A stretch of 61,775 bases of DNA, filler included. It is 3 parts of 3 records of this genome, joined end to end, with 100 filler letters (N's around TTAATTAATTAA, not from the genome) between each part and the next. Parts side by side here need not be neighbours in the genome. Positions count along the whole stretch, not along the records: positions 1 to 30,853 come from SRR20825006_1830; 2 more parts are not named here. One strand, written 5' to 3'. How positions within the stretch are numbered: the stretch's first letter is position 1; the number at the start of each line of letters is the position of its first letter. The position numbers were made by a program, and so were the translations under genes. The notes beneath the pieces are model-generated. The model saw nothing but the letters and a program-made list of their open reading frames with translations. It did no database searches and had not been told where the DNA came from. Of this stretch, positions 17,380-27,882 are shown one piece after another.

Positions 17380-18654
17380 ATGACCAATTCCGAGCTTGCC
17401 ACCCGCCGCGTCAACGCCCTTGCCCGTGGCGTCGGCGTTATGACCGACCATTTCGCTGCCCGCGCGCTCAATGCCGAAGTCTGGGACGAAGATGGCAATC
17501 GTTTGATCGACTTCGCCGCAGGTATCGCCGTGGTCAACACCGGTCACCGCCACCCGAAAGTGATCGAAGCGGTCACCGCACAGCTCGGCGCCTTCACCCA
17601 CACCTGTCACCAAGTTTTGCCCTATGCGCCCTATGTGCGCCTGGCCGAACGGTTGAATGAAAAAGTACCGGGTGACTTCGTCAAAAAGTCCATTTTTGTC
17701 ACAACTGGCGCAGAAGCCGTTGAAAACGCTATCAAAGTCGCGCGTGCCTATACCAAACGCGACGCCGTGATCGCCTTTGGCGGCGGCTTTCATGGCCGCA
17801 CTTTTATGGGCATGTCCCTGACCGGCAAAGTTGTGCCTTATAAGGTCGGCTTTGGTGCGATGATGTCCGACGTGTTCCACGTCCCCTACCCCTGCGCTCT
17901 GCATGGCGTGTCGGTCGATGACACATTTGCCGCAATCGAGGCCCTGTTCAAAGCCGATCTTGACCCGGCCCGCGTTGCCGCCGCGATTTTCGAACCGGTC
18001 CAAGGTGAAGGCGGTTTTTATCCGGCCCCGGCAGAATTTGTCACCCGCCTGCGCGCGCTTTGCGACGCCCATGGCATCGTGATGATCGCCGACGAAGTGC
18101 AAACCGGCTTTGCCCGCACCGGCAAACTGTTCGCGATGGAGCACTATGGCGTGGCCGCCGATTTGACGACCATGGCCAAAGGCTTGGGCGGCGGTTTCCC
18201 GATCTCTGCGGTCACCGGCCGCGCCGAGATGATGGATGCGGCTGCCCCCGGCGGTTTGGGCGGCACCTACGGCGGCAACCCGTTGGGGATTGCGGCGGGC
18301 AACGCGGTGTTGGATGTGATCGAGAGCGAAGGCCTCTGTGATCGTGCCGAAATGCTCGGTGGCAAACTCAAAGCCGTTTTGGCCGAGATCCAAAAGACCA
18401 CGCCGGAATTGGCGGATATTCGTGGTCCGGGCTTTATGGTCGCTGCCGAATTCCTCACCGCAGATGGCAAGCCAAACCCGGAGCTGACCGGCAAAATCCG
18501 TCTGGAAGCCTTGAAGCGCGGGTTGCTTTTGCTCACCTGTGGCGTCTATGGAAACGTCATCCGCTTCCTCGCACCGCTCACCATCGAAGAGACCGTGTTT
18601 GACGAAGCCATGACCCTTTTGACTGAGGCGGTCGCTGCCGCCAGAAAGGCCTAA
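17380..18654 (+). CDS. gabT: 4-aminobutyrate aminotransferase
   Basis: DFAAGIAV, TGAEAVENA, FHGRT, EPVQGEGG, DEVQTGFARTG, MAKGLGGG. Confidence 0.92.
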   Translation: MTNSELATRRVNALARGVGVMTDHFAARALNAEVWDEDGNRLIDFAAGIAVVNTGHRHPKVIEAVTAQLGAFTHTCHQVLPYAPYVRLAERLNEKVPGDFVKKSIFVTTGAEAVENAIKVARAYTKRDAVIAFGGGFHGRTFMGMSLTGKVVPYKVGFGAMMSDVFHVPYPCALHGVSVDDTFAAIEALFKADLDPARVAAAIFEPVQGEGGFYPAPAEFVTRLRALCDAHGIVMIADEVQTGFARTGKLFAMEHYGVAADLTTMAKGLGGGFPISAVTGRAEMMDAAAPGGLGGTYGGNPLGIAAGNAVLDVIESEGLCDRAEMLGGKLKAVLAEIQKTTPELADIRGPGFMVAAEFLTADGKPNPELTGKIRLEALKRGLLLLTCGVYGNVIRFLAPLTIEETVFDEAMTLLTEAVAAARKA

Positions 18655-18655
18655 G

Positions 18656-20110
18656 ATGCGCGAACTGAAAGATCCAAGTCTGTTTGAAACCCGTGCCTAT
18701 GTGAATGGCGTCTGGATCGAAGGCAAAGCGACATTCCCGGTGGAGAACCCCTCCACCGGCGACATCATCGCCCATGTCACCGACATGTCCGCCGAAGACG
18801 TCAGCATGGCGATTGACGCCGCTTACGCCGCCAAACGCGCCTGGGCGGCCAAAACCGGCAAAGAGCGGTCCGCGATCCTGCGCAAGCTCTTTGATCTCAT
18901 GGTGGAAAACGCCGACGATCTGGCCACGATCCTGACCATGGAAATGGGCAAGCCCTGGGCCGAAGCGCGCGGTGAAATCCTGTATGGTGCCTCCTATATC
19001 GAATGGTTCGCCGAAGAGGCCAAACGCGTCTACGGCGATCTCATCCCCGGCGCGCAAGCCGACAAACGCATGGTGATCATCAAGCAACCCGTGGGCGTTG
19101 TCGGCGCGATCACACCGTGGAATTTCCCCAACGCGATGCTGGCGCGCAAGATGGCCCCGGCCCTCGCCGTGGGCTGTACCATGGTGGCGCGCCCGTCCGA
19201 ATTCACCCCGCTCTCCGCCATCGCTTTGGCTGTATTGGCCGAACGCGCCGGCGTGCCTGCGGGTGTGTTCAACGTGTTGCCGGGTCTGGACGCGTCGGGC
19301 ATGGGTGCCGAGCTCTGTGCCAACACCAAAGTCGCCAAGATCACCTTCACGGGGTCCACCCGCGTCGGCAAAATCCTGATGCGTCAGGGCGCTGAGACGA
19401 TCAAGAAACTGTCGATGGAATTGGGTGGCAACGCGCCGTTCATCGTCTTTGATGACGCCGATATTGATGCGGCTGTCGAAGGTGCGATGTTGGCGAAATT
19501 CCGCAACAACGGTCAGACCTGCGTCTGTGCCAACCGCATCTATGTTCAGGCAGGCGTCTATGACGCTTTTGCCGAGAAACTCAGTGCGGCTTTGGGTGCC
19601 CTGTCGTTGGGCGATGGTTTTGCCGAGGGCGTCAACACCGGGCCGCTGATCAACGCTGCAGCCGTGGCGAAGGTCGAAGATCACATTGCCGATGCGGTCG
19701 CCAAAGGCGCGGAAGTTGTCATCGGTGGCACGCGCTCCAACTTGGGTCGGACCTTCTTTGAACCGACATTGATCAAGGGCGTGACACAACAGATGAAGGT
19801 CGCGACCGAAGAGACCTTTGGCCCGCTCGCGCCCTTGGTGAAATTCGACACCGAAGACGAGGCGGTCAGCTTTGCCAATGCCTCCGAATTCGGTTTGGCC
19901 GGGTATTTCTATACCCGCGATTTGAACCGTGCGTGGCGCGTGGGCGAAGCGCTTGAAACCGGGATGGTCGGCATCAACACCGGGGTGATTTCAACCGAAA
20001 TGGCCCCGTTTGGCGGCGTCAAACAGTCCGGCATGGGCCGCGAAGGTTCGAAATACGGCTGTGACGACTATCTCGAAATCAAGAACCTGTGCTTTGGCGG
20101 CTTGTCCTAA
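18656..20110 (+). CDS. gabD: Succinate-semialdehyde dehydrogenase
   Basis: WFAEEAKRVYG, TPWNFP, ELGGNAP, KFRNNGQTCVCANR, EETFGP. Confidence 0.93.
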   Translation: MRELKDPSLFETRAYVNGVWIEGKATFPVENPSTGDIIAHVTDMSAEDVSMAIDAAYAAKRAWAAKTGKERSAILRKLFDLMVENADDLATILTMEMGKPWAEARGEILYGASYIEWFAEEAKRVYGDLIPGAQADKRMVIIKQPVGVVGAITPWNFPNAMLARKMAPALAVGCTMVARPSEFTPLSAIALAVLAERAGVPAGVFNVLPGLDASGMGAELCANTKVAKITFTGSTRVGKILMRQGAETIKKLSMELGGNAPFIVFDDADIDAAVEGAMLAKFRNNGQTCVCANRIYVQAGVYDAFAEKLSAALGALSLGDGFAEGVNTGPLINAAAVAKVEDHIADAVAKGAEVVIGGTRSNLGRTFFEPTLIKGVTQQMKVATEETFGPLAPLVKFDTEDEAVSFANASEFGLAGYFYTRDLNRAWRVGEALETGMVGINTGVISTEMAPFGGVKQSGMGREGSKYGCDDYLEIKNLCFGGLS

Positions 20111-20135
20111 ACAGCCCCGAAGCTCTTAAACACAT

Positions 20136-20168
20136 AACCTCCCGCAGTCTCTGCGGGAGGTTTTCTTT
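20136..20168 (+). terminator. Intrinsic terminator between convergent gabD and ocd
   Basis: AACCTCCCGCAG-tct-CTGCGGGAGGTT followed by TTCTTT. Confidence 0.85.
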
Positions 20169-20178
20169 ATCCGCCTCT

Positions 20179-21231
20179 TTATCCGGCGCGGGTGAGCATC
20201 CCGAACAGATCGCGCGGATCGTCCGGGTCGGCCAAAAGATCAAGAGGTTCGGAAAATGCGGTCCCCGCCACTTTATCGCGCACGAACCGCAGGGCGGAAA
20301 AATCCTCAATCGCAAAGCCAACACTGTCAAACAGCGTCAATTGATTGGCATCTGTGCGTCCCGGCACCTCGCCACGCATCACCTGCCACAGCTCTGTGAC
20401 CGGATGATCTGCCGCAAGTTGCTGAATCTCACCCTCGATCCGGGTTTGCTCCGGGTATTCGACGAAAATCTGCGCCCGCGTCAGGATGTCTTTGTGAAGC
20501 TCGGTTTTGCCCGGACAATCGCCACCGATCGCGTTGATGTGCTGGCCGCGCCCGACCATATTGTCGGTCAGGATCGTCGCGCATTGTTTGTCAGCGGTGC
20601 AGGTGGTGATCACATCCGCGCCTTCGACAGCCTCTTGGGCGGAAGAACAGGCCATGACATCAAACCCCTGCCCCTCTAAGTTGCGCTTGGCCTTGGCCGT
20701 GGCCGCCGGGTCGATGTCATACAGCCGCAAGCGGGTGATGCCACAAAGCGCACGAAACGCCAGCGCCTGAAATTCGCATTGCGCGCCATTGCCGATCATC
20801 GCCATCACCGACGCGCCTTTCGGGGCCAAATAGCGCCCAACCAGTGCCGAGGTCGCCGCCGTGCGCAGCGCGGTGAGCAGCGTCATTTCCGTAAGCAGCA
20901 CCGGATAGCCATTTGAAACTGAAGACAAAACACCAAAGGCCGTGACGGTCTGAAACCCCTCTTTCATGTTCTTAGGGTGGCCATTGACGTATTTGAAACC
21001 ATAAAGCTCCGCATCCGCCGTCGGCATCAATTCGATTACGCCCTCAAGCGAATGCGAGGCAACGCGCGGGGTTTTGTCGAACTCCGGCCAGCGTTTGAAA
21101 TCCTCTTCGATATAGGCGGCCAAGTCCGACAAAAACCGATCGACGCCAAGACTGTGCACAAGGCGCATCATATTGGCGACGGAGACAAAGGGAACATAAG
21201 CTAATTCAGAGGGTTGCGGCGTATTCATCAT
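20179..21231 (-). CDS. ocd: Ornithine cyclodeaminase
   Basis: FDKTPRVASHS, IELMPT, KYVNGHPKN, TALRTAA, GGDCPGKTE, FDSVGFAIED. Confidence 0.92.
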   Translation of the reverse strand: MMNTPQPSELAYVPFVSVANMMRLVHSLGVDRFLSDLAAYIEEDFKRWPEFDKTPRVASHSLEGVIELMPTADAELYGFKYVNGHPKNMKEGFQTVTAFGVLSSVSNGYPVLLTEMTLLTALRTAATSALVGRYLAPKGASVMAMIGNGAQCEFQALAFRALCGITRLRLYDIDPAATAKAKRNLEGQGFDVMACSSAQEAVEGADVITTCTADKQCATILTDNMVGRGQHINAIGGDCPGKTELHKDILTRAQIFVEYPEQTRIEGEIQQLAADHPVTELWQVMRGEVPGRTDANQLTLFDSVGFAIEDFSALRFVRDKVAGTAFSEPLDLLADPDDPRDLFGMLTRAG

Positions 21232-22157
21232 CCAAAACTCCGGGTCATACGGTCCAAAACGCGACGGCCAAACAGGCTGGCCGTCAAATCGCACATCAGC
21301 TTCGCCGTGCGCCCGCGTTCGTCCAAAAACGGATTCAATTCCACAAGGTCGAGCGAACTCACAAGCCCACTGTCACAGAGCGTTTCCATGATCAAATGCG
21401 CCTCACGAAAGGTCGCACCGCCCGGTACGGTGGTGCCGACAGCGGGGGCAATGGCGGGGTCGAGAAAATCGACATCAAAGCTGACGTGTAACAGACCGTT
21501 GGCCGCCGCAACACGGTCCAAGAATCCGCGCAAAGGCGCCAAGACCCCGGTCTCATCAATCGCACGCATATCATGAACTTCAATGCCTAAGGTACTGATA
21601 ATATTGCGTTCTGCCTCATCGACCGAGCGAATGCCCATCAGGCACAGGTTTTCAACCGGCACTGAGGCGGCCAGATTTGGGTAGGCGTCAAACCCCGCTT
21701 GTCCGGTGTAATAGGCCATCGGCGTGCCGTGCAAATTGCCGCTCTCGGTGCTGTCCAATGTGTGCAAATCCGGGTGCGCGTCGAGCCAGAGCACAAACAA
21801 AGGCCGTCCCTGCTCCGCGGCATAGCGTGCGAGACCTGGTACTGTACCCGCCGCCATCGAATGATCGCCGCCCATGAAAATCGGTAGGTCATAGGCCTTG
21901 GCGGCCGCATAAGCAGCCGGTTCCAACGCTTCGATCCAAGCGATCGTGTCCGAGAGGTTGTGCACGGATGGGTTGGCATGGGGCACGGGCGGCTGTGGCG
22001 CGACGTGTACGTCGCCAAGGTCAAAGACCTCCCAGCCCAAAGAACGGATCGTGCGGGCCAATCCGGCGGTGCGCAGGCTGGCCGGACCCATCAAGCAACC
22101 GGGCTGAGAGGCCCCGGTTTCAACCGGTGCGCCGAGAATCGAACAGGTGCGTGTCAT
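21228..22157 (-). CDS. rocF: Arginase
   Basis: GGDHS, DAHPD, SGNLHG, SFDVDFLDP, ELNP. Confidence 0.93.
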   Translation of the reverse strand: MTRTCSILGAPVETGASQPGCLMGPASLRTAGLARTIRSLGWEVFDLGDVHVAPQPPVPHANPSVHNLSDTIAWIEALEPAAYAAAKAYDLPIFMGGDHSMAAGTVPGLARYAAEQGRPLFVLWLDAHPDLHTLDSTESGNLHGTPMAYYTGQAGFDAYPNLAASVPVENLCLMGIRSVDEAERNIISTLGIEVHDMRAIDETGVLAPLRGFLDRVAAANGLLHVSFDVDFLDPAIAPAVGTTVPGGATFREAHLIMETLCDSGLVSSLDLVELNPFLDERGRTAKLMCDLTASLFGRRVLDRMTRSFG

Positions 22158-22267
22158 GGCTTTTCCTTTGGTTTTGATAAAGATGCACGAGGGTCGTGAC
22201 GAAATGTACTGACTTATTGATCATATCGAATATATTATTGATCAAAGTGACCAGATATTTGGACAAA

Positions 22268-22702
22268 ATGAACATGACGCCTCTTTCCGCCTCTGACCAA
22301 GCCCTGATCGCAGCTTTGCGGATGAATGCGCGTATGTCGATCACCGAACTGGCGCAGGTGGCCGGATTGTCCCGCACCACGACGCGCACGCGCTTGGACG
22401 CGCTGGTGGCGGAGGGCCGTATTCGGCGCTTTACCATCGAAACCGATGTCGATGTCGAAGGCGAGGTGAAAGCCATCACATTGGTCGAACTTCAGGGCAA
22501 AATGTCCCGCACCGTGATCCGCACCCTGACCCGCATTCCAGAGGTCTCAACCGTCTATGCCACCAACGGATCATGGGATTTGGTGGTCGAGATCAAAACC
22601 GACAGTTTGGTGAATTTCGACCGGGTTTTGCGTGAAATCCGCGAGGTGCCCGGCGTGCTCAATTCGGAAAGTTGCCTCTTGCTTGCACATGTGACGTCGT
22701 AA
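22268..22702 (+). CDS. Lrp/AsnC family regulator
   Basis: LRMNARMSITELA HTH and NGSWDL; divergent from arginase. Start uncertain. Confidence 0.88.
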   Translation: MNMTPLSASDQALIAALRMNARMSITELAQVAGLSRTTTRTRLDALVAEGRIRRFTIETDVDVEGEVKAITLVELQGKMSRTVIRTLTRIPEVSTVYATNGSWDLVVEIKTDSLVNFDRVLREIREVPGVLNSESCLLLAHVTS

Positions 22703-22807
22703 ACCGGCGGGTGCATATGCGGCAAACATGCCGCGTTTTGTACAGTTGTCAAAGCTGATGCAAGACGCCCCTTGTCTGTGCTCTATGTTGATCATTACAC
22801 TTCAGGC

Positions 22808-23557
22808 ATGGGTGATGGAACGACCGAAGAAAAACTGCACAGCATTCTTGACGCGACCACAGTGCAAGACGTGTGGGAGCGGATGCTGGAATTTGTGCTT
22901 GAGGCTGGCTTTACCCATATGTTGTACGGTTTCACCCGGTTCCATAGTGACTCGGGCTTTGGTGACGACAACGACCACTTGTTTTTGACCAATTTCGGTG
23001 CCGACTATATGAAGGGATATTTCCTTGAAGGGCGCTATCGCAACGGGCCAATGGTGCATTGGGCGCTGAACAATGTTGGCACGTGTTCCTGGAATTGGAT
23101 CAATGAAAACTTTGACAATTTCACCGCTCAAGAACGTGAAGTTTCCCTTTACAATCGGTCACTTGGCGTCACTTCCGGATATACAATCGCGTTTCAAAAT
23201 GCGCTCAAACGGGCCAAGGGCGCGGTTGGCATATCGGTTCAGCCCTTTGTGGGGACCCAAGCCGATGCCGATGCGATTTGGGCCGAAAAAGGGCGCGATA
23301 TTGAATTGGTCTGCGGTGTGGCCCATTTGAAAATCATCGCCATGCCGATGCCACAACGGGTCTTGACGTCGCGCCAACGCGAGGTGCTTGAGTGGATCGG
23401 CGATGGAAAAACCGTGGCGGATACGGCGCAAATTTTAGGACTGAACAAGGCCACCGTGGAAAAGCACCTGCGTTTGGCGCGTGAATCTCTGGGGGTCGAC
23501 ACCACCGCGCAGGCGGTGCTCAAGGCATCCTTTCACAACCAAATGTTCACGTTTTGA
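22808..23557 (+). CDS. LuxR-family regulator with autoinducer-binding-like domain (LuxR solo)
   Basis: C-terminal LTSRQREVLEWIGDGKT...TVEKHLRLARESLG; N-terminal ligand domain; no luxI adjacent. Confidence 0.85.
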   Translation: MGDGTTEEKLHSILDATTVQDVWERMLEFVLEAGFTHMLYGFTRFHSDSGFGDDNDHLFLTNFGADYMKGYFLEGRYRNGPMVHWALNNVGTCSWNWINENFDNFTAQEREVSLYNRSLGVTSGYTIAFQNALKRAKGAVGISVQPFVGTQADADAIWAEKGRDIELVCGVAHLKIIAMPMPQRVLTSRQREVLEWIGDGKTVADTAQILGLNKATVEKHLRLARESLGVDTTAQAVLKASFHNQMFTF

Positions 23558-23692
23558 TCAAAAGGTAAGGATTGCCGTAGTTTCACCTTGGCCGTTCTTA
23601 TGGGAAACTGAATGTGTTCCTGCTTTCGGGGCTTGGCCTTTGGAACGGGGGGGTTGGGATCGCTCACGTCATTTCGCTTACCGACGTCCTAC

Positions 23693-23733
23693 AGGGGGTG
23701 CGGGCCTATTGATCGGCTTAGTGCCCCCTTTTT
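23693..23733 (+). terminator. Terminator-like hairpin about 135 nt downstream of luxR
   Basis: AGGGGGTGC...GTGCCCCCT followed by TTTT. Confidence 0.6.
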
Positions 23734-23820
23734 ACATTCCCTTTTACATCGGAACCCTGCTCGACGTCCGCAAGATTTGGTGGCTTCACGCACCACAAAA
23801 CACGCGAAAACACGCGCCAT

Positions 23821-23849
23821 AAAAAAGGGCCGACCCGAAGGCCGACCCC
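23821..23849 (-). terminator. tsf terminator
   Basis: Minus strand GGGTCGGCC-TTCG-GGTCGGCCC-TTTTTT (UUCG tetraloop). Confidence 0.9.
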
Positions 23850-23878
23850 ATTCGTCTCACAGTCTAAGCAACTGTGAC

Positions 23879-24754
23879 TTAGCCTTGAGCCGCTTTCGCA
23901 ACTTCAGCGGCAAAATCTTCTGCCACTTTTTCAATGCCTTCGCCGACTTCGAGACGCACAAAACCGGTGATTTCAACACCAGCTTCTTTTGCGGCCGCTT
24001 CAACGGTCAAATCGGGGTTCACCACGAAAGCCTGACCCAAAAGTGTGGATTCAGCGATGAATTTCGCCATCCGGCCTTTGATCATGTTTTCAATGATGTT
24101 TTCCGGCTTGCCAGATTCACGCGCGATGTCGATCTGTACTTGCTTTTCTTTCTCGACGATGGCCGGATCGAGATCCGCTTCGCCCAAAGCCGCCGGGTTG
24201 GCCGCCGCAATGTGCATGGCAACCTGTTTGCCGAACGCATCGTTTGCGCCATTGAGGCCGACGAGAACGCCGATTTTGCCCATGCCGTCTGCCGCTGCGT
24301 TGTGGACATAGGTCACAACGGATGCGGCTTCGATTTTGGCCATACGACGCAGGCCCATGTTTTCGCCGATGGTCGCGATCTTGTCGGTGATGATCTCGGA
24401 CACAGCTTTGCCGTTCACTTCAGCCGCGTTGAGCGCCTCAAGATCGTCAGCCGCCAGAGCCGCAGACGCGATGTCTTTGACCATCGCTTGGAATTCAGCG
24501 TTTTTACCAACGAAGTCGGTTTCAGAGTTCACTTCGACAGCAACACCAACGCCACCATCAACAGCCACACCCACGAGACCTTCAGCCGCCGTACGGCCAG
24601 CTTTCTTGGCGGCTTTCGCCAAACCTTTGGTGCGCAGCCAATCCACAGCGGCTTCGAAATCGCCATCGGTTTCGGTGAGCGCTTTTTTCGCGTCCATCAT
24701 GCCCGCAGCCGTTGCTTCGCGCAGTTCTTTCACCATTGCAGCAGTGATTGCCAT
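23879..24754 (-). CDS. tsf: Elongation factor Ts
   Basis: [32 protein letters not shown]. Confidence 0.98.
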   Translation of the reverse strand: MAITAAMVKELREATAAGMMDAKKALTETDGDFEAAVDWLRTKGLAKAAKKAGRTAAEGLVGVAVDGGVGVAVEVNSETDFVGKNAEFQAMVKDIASAALAADDLEALNAAEVNGKAVSEIITDKIATIGENMGLRRMAKIEAASVVTYVHNAAADGMGKIGVLVGLNGANDAFGKQVAMHIAAANPAALGEADLDPAIVEKEKQVQIDIARESGKPENIIENMIKGRMAKFIAESTLLGQAFVVNPDLTVEAAAKEAGVEITGFVRLEVGEGIEKVAEDFAAEVAKAAQG

Positions 24755-24859
24755 ATCGGCTCTCCTCGAATGTCTTTGATCAGTCTCGGGGGCGGGCTTA
24801 CCCTGCCCCCGTATCACTTTTGTAACGCCCGCGCGCAAATCGCACAGCGGGTCGTTAAA

Positions 24860-25633
24860 TTAGGCCTCAGCGGCTGCGGCTTCAGCAACAGCTTCTTCAG
24901 CCATTGCTTCTTCGAACGCACCGATATCAACGCCAGCGGCACCCATCTGATCGGTCATACCGGCCAAAGCAGCACGCGCGACGAGATCGCAATAGAGCGA
25001 AATAGCGCGCGATGCGTCATCGTTGCCCGGGATGATGTAATCCACACCGTTCGGGGAACAGTTGGAGTCAACAACAGCCACAACCGGGATGCCGAGTTTT
25101 TTGGCTTCGAGAATGGCCAGGTCTTCTTTTTTCACGTCGATGACGAAGAGAAGATCCGGCACGCCGCCCATTTCACGGATCCCGCCGAGGGAGGCCTGAA
25201 GTTTGGCTTGGTCGCGTTCCATGTTCAGGCGCTCTTTCTTGGTGAGGCCTTCTGCGCCGTTTGCCAACGACTCATCAATCATGTTCAAACGCTGAATGGA
25301 CTGGGACACGGTTTTCCAGTTGGTCAACGTGCCACCGAGCCAGCGGTGGTTCATGTAATACTGTGCGCATTTTTCAGCGGCTTCGGCAACGGGGCCAGCG
25401 GCCTGACGTTTGGTGCCGACGAAGAGAATGCGGCCACCTTTCGCAGCGGTATCACGCACAACCTGCAGCGCCTGCTCCAACATGGGCAAGGTCTGTGTCA
25501 GATCGAAAATGTGGATGCCATTGCGTTCCCCATAGATGAATTCCTGCATACGCGGATTCCAACGCTGGGTTTGGTGACCAAAGTGTACGCCAGCTTCCAA
25601 AAGCTGACGCATCGAGAAATCAGGAAGCGTCAT
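24860..25633 (-). CDS. rpsB: 30S ribosomal protein S2
   Basis: [31 protein letters not shown]. Confidence 0.98.
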   Translation of the reverse strand: MTLPDFSMRQLLEAGVHFGHQTQRWNPRMQEFIYGERNGIHIFDLTQTLPMLEQALQVVRDTAAKGGRILFVGTKRQAAGPVAEAAEKCAQYYMNHRWLGGTLTNWKTVSQSIQRLNMIDESLANGAEGLTKKERLNMERDQAKLQASLGGIREMGGVPDLLFVIDVKKEDLAILEAKKLGIPVVAVVDSNCSPNGVDYIIPGNDDASRAISLYCDLVARAALAGMTDQMGAAGVDIGAFEEAMAEEAVAEAAAAEA

Positions 25634-25750
25634 GTCCATAATCCTTTTCCGGTTTAACGCCTGAGCAGAGGTTCCGAGACTGATGTCTCAACCGGTGGAC
25701 CTATCGAGGATGTCTCCCCCGAAGGCCCGCCTCCGCCTGTGAAGTGATCG
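25634..25750 (-). promoter_or_regulatory. Probable structured rpsB leader
   Basis: About 110-nt 5' region with hairpins such as GAGAC-atca-GTCTC; rpsB leaders are autoregulatory in other proteobacteria. Inferred mainly from position. Confidence 0.35.
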
Positions 25751-25921
25751 CGCATATAGAGGTGTCTTTTCCAAAGTGCAAGCCCCTGCCCGCCCAAACA
25801 CCGGTGTTTTGCCCGCAGGCGTGCTTGAGGCGGCATTCGGACCGTAAATTTGCACCCATGTGCGCCCATCTGTGCCGGCAATCCTTGCCATTCGGTCAAA
25901 TTTGCGGTCATGGATAAAGCC

Positions 25922-26815
25922 ATGAGTACACCACATGATATCCTTTGTATCGGATCCGTGTTGTGGGACGTCATCGGACGCTCGGATCGCGCCATGCGGT
26001 TGGGCTCCGATGTACCCGGACGGATCATTCGCGTTCCCGGCGGCGTGGCGATGAACATCGCCATGGCCTTGGCGCGGTTTGGCCTGTCGCCGGACCTGTT
26101 GACCGCCATCGGTCGCGACCCGGCGGGCGATGAATTGATTCAGGCGGCCACAGTGCGCGGCATTGGCACCGATCATGTCTACCGCTCCGAAGACCTGCCG
26201 ACCGACACCTATATGGCGGTCGAAGGTGCGAACGGGTTGATCGCCGCCATTGCCGATGCGCATTCCCTAGAAGCGGCAGGCGACAAAATTCTGCGACCGC
26301 TTGCGGATGGGCGCTTGGGCAGTCTTGAGGCGCCTTATAACGGTCCAATCGCACTTGACGGCAATCTCACCACGCAGCTTTTGCGCGAGATCGCCATTTC
26401 ACCGCTCTTTGCCCGTGCCGATCTGCGCATCGCGCCCGCCAGCCCCGGTAAGGCCGAACGGCTTTTGCCGCTGCTCGATCACCCACGTGCCACCTTATAT
26501 GTCAACATTGAGGAGGCCGGGCTTTTGGCCCACACCACCTTTGACAGCTCGGCGCAGGCCGCGCAGGCACTGGTTGCCAAGGGCGCGCATCGCGTTTTGG
26601 TCACCCATGGCGGCCAGGATGCCTCGATGGCCCGTCACGACATGGTCCTCACCCAAACCCCGCCGCCCGTGCTTGTCGCGCGGGTCACCGGCGCGGGCGA
26701 TACGTTTATGGCCGCCCATGTTGCGGCCGAAATGCAAGGCGCGGATGAGGCAAACGCCCTCACCGAGGCCTTGAACGCCGCAGCCCAATATGTTTCTGGA
26801 GATACCCCGCTATGA
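25922..26815 (+). CDS. PfkB family kinase, probable pseudouridine kinase
   Basis: PGGVAMNIA, VTGAGDTF; ATGA-coupled to psuG. Confidence 0.8.
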   Translation: MSTPHDILCIGSVLWDVIGRSDRAMRLGSDVPGRIIRVPGGVAMNIAMALARFGLSPDLLTAIGRDPAGDELIQAATVRGIGTDHVYRSEDLPTDTYMAVEGANGLIAAIADAHSLEAAGDKILRPLADGRLGSLEAPYNGPIALDGNLTTQLLREIAISPLFARADLRIAPASPGKAERLLPLLDHPRATLYVNIEEAGLLAHTTFDSSAQAAQALVAKGAHRVLVTHGGQDASMARHDMVLTQTPPPVLVARVTGAGDTFMAAHVAAEMQGADEANALTEALNAAAQYVSGDTPL

Positions 26816-27738
26816 CTGATCTGAACTCTGGCCTGCCGATGATGTACGCCCCCGAAGTTGTGGCCGCCTTGGACACAGGCGCGCCGATTGTGGCGCTTGA
26901 ATCGACGATCATCACCCATGGCATGCCCTACCCGCAAAACGTCGAGACCGCGCGGATGGTCGAGGCAGATGTGCGGACAGCCGGGGCTGTGCCTGCCACC
27001 ATCGCCGTGCTTGATGGCGTGTTGCACATCGGCTTGACCGACACTCAACTGGAAGCTCTGGCACAGGCCAGCAATGTGATGAAAGTCTCGCGCGCCGATA
27101 TGCCCGTCTGTATCGCGCTTGGGGCCACAGGTGCCACCACCGTGGCCGCCACGATGATCGCCGCCGAGATTGCCGGGATCAAAGTCTTTGCAACGGGGGG
27201 CATTGGCGGTGTGCATCGCGGGGCCGAAGAGACCTTTGACATCTCCGCCGATCTGTTGGAATTGGGTGAAACCGCCGTGACGGTTGTGGCCGCCGGGCCC
27301 AAAGCCATTCTCGACATCCCGAAAACGCTCGAAGTGTTGGAAACCCACGGCGTTCCGGTGATTGCCTATGGCCAAGATGAGATTCCGGCATTTTGGTCGC
27401 GCGCCTCTGGTCTCAAAGCGCCTTTGCGACTGGACAGTCCCGAAGACATTGCGCGCGCCATGCAGGTGCGCGCGGCAATGGGCCTAAAGGGCGGGCAGTT
27501 GATCGCCAACCCGATCCCTGAGGCGGACGAAATCCCGCAAGAGGTGATCATGCCTTTCGTGGAAACCGCATTGAAAGAAGCCGACGCCCAGGGCATTTCC
27601 GCCAAAGAGGTCACGCCATTCTTGTTGCAACGGATTTTTGAGCTGACCGAGGGCCGCTCACTCACCTCCAACATCGCCTTGGTGCGCAACAATGCGCGAT
27701 TGGCGGCCAGGATTGCCGCCGCGCTGTGCGCAAAGTAA
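26812..27738 (+). CDS. psuG: Pseudouridine-5'-phosphate glycosidase
   Basis: ALESTIITHGMPYP, GATTVAATM, TGGIGGVHRG, DISADL, VTPFLL. Confidence 0.95.
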   Translation: MTDLNSGLPMMYAPEVVAALDTGAPIVALESTIITHGMPYPQNVETARMVEADVRTAGAVPATIAVLDGVLHIGLTDTQLEALAQASNVMKVSRADMPVCIALGATGATTVAATMIAAEIAGIKVFATGGIGGVHRGAEETFDISADLLELGETAVTVVAAGPKAILDIPKTLEVLETHGVPVIAYGQDEIPAFWSRASGLKAPLRLDSPEDIARAMQVRAAMGLKGGQLIANPIPEADEIPQEVIMPFVETALKEADAQGISAKEVTPFLLQRIFELTEGRSLTSNIALVRNNARLAARIAAALCAK

Positions 27739-27882
27739 GCAGATTGGCGACAGCTTGTAAAAATCATAAGAATTATGGCGGAGCGCGCGCTTTTCAGGGC
27801 CCTGCCATGTTGTGTCGGGGCCAGTGCCACCCTAAGTTCTGGGAAACTGGCGGTTTCGCCCCTAATGCAGTGACAAATCGCG

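Noticed and set aside
23612..25657. 681-aa ORF on the + strand
   Set aside because: Antisense shadow of tsf and rpsB; biased codon usage suppresses stops on the opposite strand, and it has no recognisable motifs.
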